From the human T2T-CHM13v2.0 reference genome, Homo sapiens: a stretch of 64,000 bases of DNA. Location of the stretch: NCBI RefSeq assembly GCF_009914755.1, contig NC_060934.1. The stretch is one strand, 5' to 3'. Shown one piece after another: positions 55,641 through 64,000 of this stretch. The position numbers were made by a program, and so were the translations under genes. The notes below the pieces were generated by a model. That model saw only the letters and a program-made list of their open reading frames with translations. It searched no databases and had not been told where the DNA came from. Numbering within the stretch: the first letter of the stretch is position 1; every line of letters starts with the position of its first letter.

Positions 55641-58600
55641 CCCCAGGCCCCAGACCTGCCGCTGACGCCCCAGGGGTACCCAGAGCCCAGGGAGCCAGGA
55701 GCTGGAGGAAGTCACGTGGGCGCTGGGTGGGTGCCCAGCTGGAAGGGCAGCTCCGGCCTTTTGGGGGGACCCTGGGCAGTGTGTACCCTAGAGGTCCCTG
55801 GGCCGTGACGGGCAGGGATGCCAGGCCCTGTGCACCACAGGAAACATGCAAAGCATTCTCGCAGGCTGCCAGTGCCTTGGGCTGACACTGGAAGGGAAAC
55901 AAAAACAAAGCTGCCCCACACAACCTAACTTGGCCCAGGATCCCCAGCAAGGGTCGCCAGGGACATGGCTGCAGGGCGCTAGGAGGGACAGTTGCCACTT
56001 GAGGTCCCAGGCTGGGGCCAGGCTGTGGTCAGAGCTACTGGCCAGCTGGGCCCTTCTCTCTCAAACTTGAAATCCTCTGGAAGCTCCTGGAGAGAATTAC
56101 TTTTCTTTATGCTGTGGGCACTCGGAACTGGGAGGCTGTTTCATCTGGGGTCTGATACTCCCTCCCTGCCTCTCCCACCCAGCCTACCGCACTTCTGCCT
56201 CTCCCACCCGGCCTCGAGGGAGGGCTTGCAGGAGGAGGGTGAGGAAGTGACTCCCCTACGTCCTGCCCGGGGTGGGCTACAGAGCACAGGCCCTGTAGGG
56301 AGTCTCTCCATGTTATGATGGGACGCATGAAGCCTGTCCAGTGCCCAAGACCCTCCCTCGATGGTGCAGGCCTGGGGACTCTCTGTGGGAGCTCAGCCTG
56401 GTGGTGGAGACTCAGGCTTTTTGCAAAGGCAATGGGATCTAAAAACAGGGACTATGCAGACTGTGCACGTTCGTCCTGAAATGTTCCCTTCAACCAGAGG
56501 AACTCACCAAGCTCTGGAGTTTTAGAGGGGATTTTGGAGCTGACTGACCAGGGCTGAATGGGGGCCGCACTGCTCTGGCCATACCTGGCTTTGCTGCCCC
56601 CATCATGCCGTCTGTAGATAGGGACAATAATTTTTAGAGACATCAGACTCAGGGCTGGCAAGAGAGAGGAGAGGGACAAAGTGGAGGAGCAGGGACAGAC
56701 TCTAAGGCAGGGCACATAGAAGGGAACGTGGGAGGTGGCCTGCTGCCCACCAAGTGCCCAGGGGGCCCCTCCCAACCTCTGTCCATGCTCTTCCTGCTCC
56801 CACGGCCTGAATTGCAGGCCCTCTCCCCTCCTGAGAATGAGGTCCATGAGGTGTGTCCTCCTTCAGCTCTCTTCCACCAGCACTCTCTAGGGTCCGATGC
56901 AGGGCTGTAGCTTGGCTTTGTCCAAAGTCTTTCCTACTGTCTGTAAGACCCTCATTCATTCATGAAATACTCATGAGTATATCTGAGCACCTCCTATGCA
57001 CCGGTGCTGGAGAAGAGAAACCATTCTGCTTCGGGGATAGCACTGTCTGCCCAGCAGAGGACCCACCAAAAGGTGCCTGCAGAGGACTGGGAGTGGCAGC
57101 AGCAGATGCCACCAGATGCTGCCCTGCCTCAGGCCTTCCCTGCCCAGAGGCTCCGATGGAGCACGCCTTGGCATGCTGCGATGCAGGGCCTTGCTCAGTT
57201 TGTTGCATTTTTTCTTTGCAGTCGTTGCAGAACTATTTACTAACTAGAAAAAAATGCAACCACCACCAACCTAGAGCAAGCCTTAGGGTTGAGGACTTTG
57301 ATGAACTTGATTCCTCTGCTTCCGCCTGAGAGGCCTGGAGCCAGGATTGAGAGAACCAGCTGAGAAAGGCAGAATCAACCAGTAGGAGCAAATGGCAGGA
57401 TTTTGTTGTTGGACCGGGAGGGAGGAAGCAGAAAGAGAAGAGGCAAGAGTGGAGGCTCAAACCATAGTTTGGGAGGCCTGGGTCTGAGCTGTGAGAATGG
57501 ACTAGAAATAGGTTTAAAAGAATATTTTGTTTATCTCACATTCCATTTCCAGTGGTTTTTGTCTTGGCAATGTCAACCCTTCCGTGTATTCCACTTCAGG
57601 AAAGTCTGACTCTCCTGTGAGTGATTTTTGTTTGCTTGCATTATTTTTGTTGTTGCTGTTGTTTTGGGTGGATATTAAAGAAGATAAATAATTTTCATGT
57701 CTATGTCAACACAGTGCAGAACGTTCGGGACAAAAAGCAAACTAATGAAATCCAGCAAACTTAGGAATGCCAAGCCATATGGGGACCAGCAGGCAGCAGA
57801 AATTGGTGACCAACCTGGGGATTGGTGACCCCCATCCTGTGGTTGTGGAGATTGAACCTGTGCTGGCCCTTGGCACATGGGCATCTTTTTCTGACTGTGG
57901 TGTCTTGTACTTGAGTTCTTTCCTGTTCCCAGTGGTGTGTGTCCTCAGGTGGCTCCAAGGCCAGCAGGAACTCATGCTTCGTAATCGGAAACTGGCACGA
58001 TACAGTGCAGCTCACATGGGTTCTGATGGTGGCGCCAACTCTAATCTCTCAGAAGACAACCTACAGGGAAGGCCAAGAGACCTGCCCGAGCCCCCATGTG
58101 GCCACAGCATGACACCTACGGGGTGCACGAGCTTTGCCACCACAGTGGACGCCATCTCACTGAGTCTGTTTCCCTATCTACATGGGGACGGAGCATTTAC
58201 CACCAAAGTTTGCCATGAGCACTAAAGGACACAACCCGTGGACAAACACCTGGAAGTGTGCAGCACTATTGCTGGTTCTCTTTGGTGGAGATTCCAGCTT
58301 ATGGCCCACATCATCATCCACACAGGTTCCTCCCAGTGTGCTCAGGGCTTCCATCGCAGCCGCTCCCGGCTCCGTCTGCCTGACTCTGTTGGTTCTTAGT
58401 TGGCCTTGTGTTTAGCTCCCACCTTCCTCAACGGCATATCTGGAGCCTCTGGCACAGGATGACACCTGCTCCCCTTCCGGTGGCCTCTCTGTATCTGCCT
58501 CACCCACCAGGGTGCTGGGCACTCACCTGGACCGGGGGGTGCTCCTTGTACAGTGCTTGTCCTGTGCATAGCACATTGTTGAGATGGGGTTGCTGAATGC

Positions 58601-61509
58601 TGTCTAGGAGGAGAGACCTGTCTCCTTGTCTGCATCCAGGGACTTGCAAGAACAGCCCTTCTCCGGGCTGGGCTCAGAAAGGGAGTAGATAATTAAGAAT
58701 AAAGAAAAACAATCCAAGGGTGACTGCCAAATGAAATACTCAAGTGCAAAACTTATAAGTCTTGTTCTGCTGCTGCTGATAATAATAACAATAATAACGG
58801 TAATGATGACAGCGATCGTTTTTGCTCTCCTCGTTTGGGTTAGCAGAACATTCGTGAAAGGTGTAGTCCTGGGAACAGATTCGTTTACCTCCCTCTGTTT
58901 ATTGCCAAATCATAATGAAGTGCAAGCCAAGAAGCAAATTCATTGCAAATTGTATAAAAGATTTGGGGCCAAAATGAAGCTGTTAAAAACCACATCTGTA
59001 AAAATGGTGTAATGATTATGGGTGGGTAAAAATCTGGCAAGAATTATTTTCTTAAATAAGGCGTAAAGGAGAACAGATGTGCTGTAACAGACACATTTTT
59101 TTTTTCAGTTTCACGAATTCTGTGAAAAGAAAAAAAATTGATCTGATTGATCAGATTATCCTATTTATTATAGTGCACCCAGGGCACCAAAAAATCCTTT
59201 TGTTTCAATTTCATCCCCTGGAAGAGGAAGGTGGGCCCAGGGAACTGTGTGAGCCAGCTTCACGGCAAAGCTCATTCTGCAAAGCTCATTCTGCCAGGGA
59301 GAGAGAAAGGAGAGTCCGCTGGGAAAGGAAGAAGACTTGGAGGCATATGAAGGTCTACAGAAGATTCAATGGTGGGAGGGAGGTGACAATGAAATCTAAG
59401 TAGAAAACCACAAACCCAAAGTATCACCAGTATTTCAGGGTCATGATGGAATGAGAAAAATGGCCAAAGACAAAGACAGGCAGTTTAAGTCTGGAAATAA
59501 TTACATCGAGTGAAGACAACTGAATTCCATATTGCCTTGGTCAATGTCTGCGAAGGCAGTTGGGGGAGGTATTTGGGTTGGATTCACTTTTTGGAGCTTA
59601 GCAACATAAATTTGTTGTCACTGAACTATTAAACACAATGGACACATGTTGGCAAGAAGGGCCCAGCAGAGGCATGGAACTTATTAAGGGACAGCCTGTG
59701 AAATAATCGACTAAATGAGCCCACTGCGCAATTTTAACATCCCATGACAACACTCAATTGTCAAATTCAGCTAGAGTGTCCAGGATGCTACTAAAATTAA
59801 GCCAGAAATTCCTAGATTTATTCTCGTTCTTTTTTTTTTTTTTCTTTCCCTCAGCTAGGAACAGGAAATGCCAGTAAGCTGTGAGAATCTAGTAAGAAAT
59901 AAGAAACTGAGAAGCAAAAAGGATGGCCTAGCATTTTATGAGATTTCTGCCCTTAAATCTACAACGAATGTCTTTTACCTACCCTCGATAAAGAGGCAAT
60001 GTGGGATTTTAATTGGACTTTTGGCTTTTCTTCATTTGATTTAAACCAAGGTAGAATTTCAAACAATAACACTGGAACACCTGGTTAACACGTTAGATGA
60101 TATGTACAGTTGTAAATTGTGGTTTTAATAGTTGCTCACTGGGGGACTTAAAAGGGTCTCATTGTTCTGTTTGGCAGATATTAAAAAAAAAATCAGGGAC
60201 TACTTGGGATTTAAAAGCCACGCACGTGATTCCAATGCCACTCAGCTCATGAAATTTAATCACTGGACCCCACTGGTGGCAGTTTCTACAGGGGAGACCC
60301 ATGGCCACATGGTGGGGTTTTCAAGTTCTCCAAAGTCATCGTCCAGCTTCAAGTCTAAAGAAATCCATTCATTTCTTATTGCTAAGAAAACAGGGAAGAT
60401 TTTTACATCTAAACACGAAGGTAAGGCTCTGCCGATGTATATGTGTGTGTGTGTGTTCATAGATGCTTCTGTTGGCGTAGCCTCCATTGTGTATTGATGT
60501 GAATTTTAAAGAGAAAGTGTATGCATGCTTTGGCTCAGCAGTTCTCTTCTTTTTCTTTGAAAAACAAGTTTCCCCCACACGCGGGCTCCAGCCTCCTTAG
60601 GGCTGCTAGCCGGTTTTCTTTTCCACCAGCTCTTTTCCTCATCAGCAGGGGGTGGCCCTGCCTGGAAGCCTGAGTGGGGATACCCCATATTTTAAAGTGA
60701 CAGTTTTCAAAATGCCCGCGTGGCTTTTGCCCTTCTCTTCCAGCTGTGGCCCCCACCCTGCCTCTGTCTCCAGACCCGACCCTCAGAGGGCATGTGTATA
60801 AAACAAAGATGTCGGGCTCATTGCTTTCCTCTGATTGGAGCCGGGGACGAAGTGGAAACTGCTCACAGAGATGCCCCGTGTGGGGATCGCTCTCCACTGC
60901 CTCTTCTCCCAGCTCCAGCCCACGCACGGGACCCTGTCCTGGCCAGTCTGGGAGACCAGACCACCTCGAACTGCTCCTGGGCAGGAACTTGATGCCTGTA
61001 GCCCAGAAGGAAACCTTAGTGAGAGATGGCTAAAAAGGTGGGCATGGACTTTACAGAGGGCAGGAATGAGGCCATGACCTCTTTCAGACCCGTTATTTCA
61101 GGACAAGCCAACTAAAGCCCAGGGAATGCAGGGACGGCCTTCAGGGGCGGGGCTGGGGGTTGATCTCATGTGTTCCTCCCCATCCAGGTCCTGTGTGCTG
61201 GGCCTCATCACCCGGAGAGAGAGGCTGCGCCCGGCTCCCCAGTCCCTGGCATCCTGCAGGCTGCAGGCAGTGAGGTTCAGGAACAGGTTCTGACTTCCTG
61301 GCATTTCTTCTGGAAACTTCTTGGGACCCTCCTGTGTCTCCTAAAGAAAGGCTTGAGTCAAAGGGCAAGACTGCCCTACTAGGCAGGGGACATTCAGATG
61401 CCAGCACCTCCCTGACTATGAAGGGACTGACAGAGAGGCTACTGAGTCTTCCTCATGACAGCCAATTGTCAGTTTTATCCCCCAACTCCCAGCCCCGGGC
61501 CTCACAACT

Positions 61510-61581
61510 AGTGGGTCTGCATTCCTCACACACAGTGGGTCTGCATTCCTCACACACAGTGGGTCCAGTTCCTCCCACACA
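61510..61581. repeat. 24-bp minisatellite, 2 perfect and 1 degenerate copy
   Basis: agtgggtctgcattcctcacacac x2, then agtgggtccagttcctcccacac. Confidence 0.9.
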
Positions 61582-62251
61582 GTAGGTGCCTGTTGCCTGG
61601 CAAGCACCAGTGCCCAGTGGTTGCTGAATGACTCTGTCGGAGCGCTCTGCCTTGCTCCCTGTCGGGGCCTGCGTCTGTCATGTCTTTTCCAGTTGAGCTT
61701 GCAGGGAAGGTCAGCAGATCCTCTCACATCCCGCTGAGACAAGAAGTTCGGCGTGCAGGAGCAAGGCAGTCAGACTAGAAGGGCAGCTCGTTCTGTGAGA
61801 GGTATTGTCGGGGTGAAGCTGCTCACAAAAGCCCTAATAGTTGCTGGACTGACCGCCAAAATTGATGTGACTTCCATCATCACAGCAGGGAAGGCCCCTG
61901 CACACCTGTGTGGCCTCCGTTTGCAATTCCTAGTTCCCAAAAACTACATCTCCACTGCCCAGCGTCCTCTTCCTGGCTGCCATGTGGAGGGAGATGTGGA
62001 AGCTCACCGAGGTCTGGGACCTGCCCGTGCCAAGCCAAAGCCCACCGTCCTGGGCCATTTTCACCTCTACAGAATTTCAAACATTAAAAAATATGTATTG
62101 TGTGGTTTAGATGTTTAAATTCTTACTGTTCGTTCTGTGTCTTAGATTTTGCTATGAGGAACTGAAGTTTTAATGGTGATGTCAGATGGAGAATATGTCT
62201 CCTTTTGCTTAAAGGTAGGCACAGCTTGAAGAAATGCCTTGAAAACATCAG

Positions 62252-62331
62252 TGCCTCATGTCAAGTTTCCACCATCTCCCAGTTGGGTGGTTGCCTCATG
62301 TCAAGATTCCATCATATCCCAGTTGGGTGGT
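62252..62331. repeat. 40-bp tandem duplication
   Basis: tgcctcatgtcaagWttccaYcatMtcccagttgggtggt x2, 3 mismatches. Confidence 0.92.
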
Positions 62332-62349
62332 CTCAGATAGTTTATTTGT

Positions 62350-62460
62350 TCTAGCTGAGCCTTCATTTCCTCATCTAAAAATGGGATAATAATGGTACTT
62401 TTCACAAGGTTGGGTGAGGATTCTGTCTGATATGTCTAGGAAGGAACCCAGCACAGAGCT
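62350..62460 (+). mobile_element. MIR
   Basis: ctgagccttcatttcctcatctaaaaatgggataataatggtacttttcacaaggttgggtgaggatt. Confidence 0.7.
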
Positions 62461-63058
62461 TCCCTGTCTCAAGAGGTCAAAGAAGTTTGGATTGATGGCT
62501 TCCCCTGCCCTGGGGCACAGTTGGCGGGTTAGCAAATCGACAGAGAGGGAACCGCGGCCATGGGAGGAATGCCCCATCTCTCCTTTGGGAAGATGGACTT
62601 TTCAGTCATTCTGACCTAGATTCACCCTCTGAATATCTTTGAGTTTCAAGGGCTTCTAATTGGTGATGGATTTGCAGGCTCGTTCTCTCCAAGCCCCAGA
62701 TCCTGGTTGACATTGGCTACAGTAAGCCATGCTCTCGGCTATAGAGTTTCCATAACCCAAGTCTCATTGTTTTTTTTCCATGAAGTTGAGCATCTGGTTG
62801 TCTGGGGACAGTCTATCTGTGAGAATTCCAGATAGACATTTTTGGTTTTTACCCAGCTGTTGGGTGTTATGTTGACACTGGTCTGGCCGCTGGTCCCAGA
62901 GGCCCAGGCTCAGGGGCTGTCTTCAGCATAAGGTTTGAGAGTCAACAAGAGTCATGGGATACTTGTGCAAGATGAGGGAGCAGCCTGAGCCGAGGCCTGT
63001 AGAGCCACACACAGGGAGCGTTTAGGAGAACAGCCACGAGCCCAGCTTGGATGAGCCG

Positions 63059-63135
63059 GGAGACTCCACGGTGGAGAGGGTCAGGCAGGAGACTCCATGG
63101 TCAGGAGACTCCATGGTGGAGAGGGTCAGGCAGGA
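63059..63135. repeat. Compound short tandem repeat
   Basis: ggagactccaYggtggagagggtcaggca x2 separated by a partial ggagactccatggtca unit. Confidence 0.85.
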
Positions 63136-63797
63136 AGCAGGGTCACATGACAGGTCAGGAAGGGGCGCTCAGCCACTGAGACCTTATCTGGCAGGCAAGA
63201 GCAAGCCCTTGGGGGCTTAGTGGGAAGGAGGGCTGGAGTGAGGGCTGTGGCTGGAAAGAGCAAGGAGGCACCTCCTACAAGATGCTCACCTGGCTCCTGC
63301 TGCTCTTGTCTGGGCCTACAGGACACAGGTTTTGGGTGGGGTGGCAGGTGGCCGACTGCCCTTGAAGGAAACCAAGCACCTGCCATGGAATCTTCAGGCC
63401 AGGACAGAGCCAACTGGCGCAGGAGGTCCACCTGCCCTGTCTGGTTCCTGACAAGGAAGAGAATTTTCGCTTTCCTATTAAGGTCAGCTAGCAAAGCAAT
63501 GCTTGTCCTGTCTCAGGAGAGGAACAACTCTAGCCCCATTGCTCTAAGGGCAGCACAGGTATCTTCTTGGATTGAGCTGCCCCAATTCTGCAGGTTTAAC
63601 TCAAAGTTCCTTGGGACCCACCTGAAGCAGATGGGGGAAAAACCACCTTTCAGGCCCAGAAAGATAAAGAATCTAAGAAGGTTCCAGTAAGACCTTTCGT
63701 GCATTTTGGCCAGAACAAATCTTATATACCGTGCAGGCACTGAAGGCTTTTCCATGCCAGCACTGACAGCCAAAGGACTTCAGAGGCGCCTGAGAGT

Positions 63798-64000
63798 CTG
63801 TGTGTAGGTGCATGTGTATATTGTGTATGTGTGCACATATGCATATGTGTGCATGCATGTAAGCATATATGTACACATCTGTGTGTACATACATGAGCGT
63901 GCACTTGTATATGTAGGATTGTGTGGGCTCGTCTTCATCTATTGTGTGTACGTGTGCTTATATGTTGTATTGTATGTATATGTGTGTACCTGCTTGTGTG
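63798..64000. repeat. Degenerate (TG/TA/CA)n purine-pyrimidine repeat
   Basis: tgtgtgtaggtgcatgtgtatattgtgtatgtgtgcacatatgcatatgtgtgcatgcatg... Confidence 0.85.

Noticed and set aside
55209-55998. Overlapping 86-231 aa ORFs on both strands
   Set aside because: Stop-codon scarcity in a CpG island; Pro/Gly/Arg/Ala-rich with no homology or exon structure.
57767-58225. 152-aa ATG-initiated ORF
   Set aside because: No recognisable family, and the 3' end runs into MIR-like sequence; length is compatible with chance.
58731-59012. 93-aa ORF with a hydrophobic signal/TM-like N-terminus
   Set aside because: Hydrophobicity comes from (CTG)n and (ATA)n micro-repeats; weak Kozak context (C at -3); no other support.
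60640-60660. CTCF-like motif tcagcagggggtggc (similar partial matches near 25020 and 44625)
   Set aside because: Mismatches at core positions; cannot be told from chance without a PWM scan and ChIP data.

Overview
Primate (human-like) non-coding genomic DNA. No intact protein-coding gene, RNA gene, CRISPR array or prokaryote-type system is supportable; the long ORFs come from L1, Alu or GC-rich chance frames. About 1-24 kb and 43.7-52 kb are nested retrotransposon fossils (L1PB/L1MA/L1MB/L1MC-ME, L2, MIR, Alus; nine Alu copies in the whole window) and DNA-transposon relics (MER20, MER44A, MER58B, MER94-like). About 25-43 kb and 53.5-64 kb are mostly unique, with AT-rich blocks dense in homeodomain/TALE (TGACAG, TGATTTAT)/POU motifs and an orphan CpG island at ~55.3-55.6 kb. 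This resembles a gene desert or large intron in the regulatory domain of a developmental transcription factor (inference; locus not identified). Most notable: (1) an old, diverged tandem triplication at ~53.95-54.4 kb that keeps a paired-TGACAG core; (2) a truncated Alu giving a complete candidate minus-strand exon at ~34.1-34.3 kb; (3) two dispersed local duplications (180 bp and ~120 bp); (4) a twin-primed, 5'-inverted L1. Repeat subfamily calls are from remembered consensus sequences, and boundaries of old repeats are approximate.
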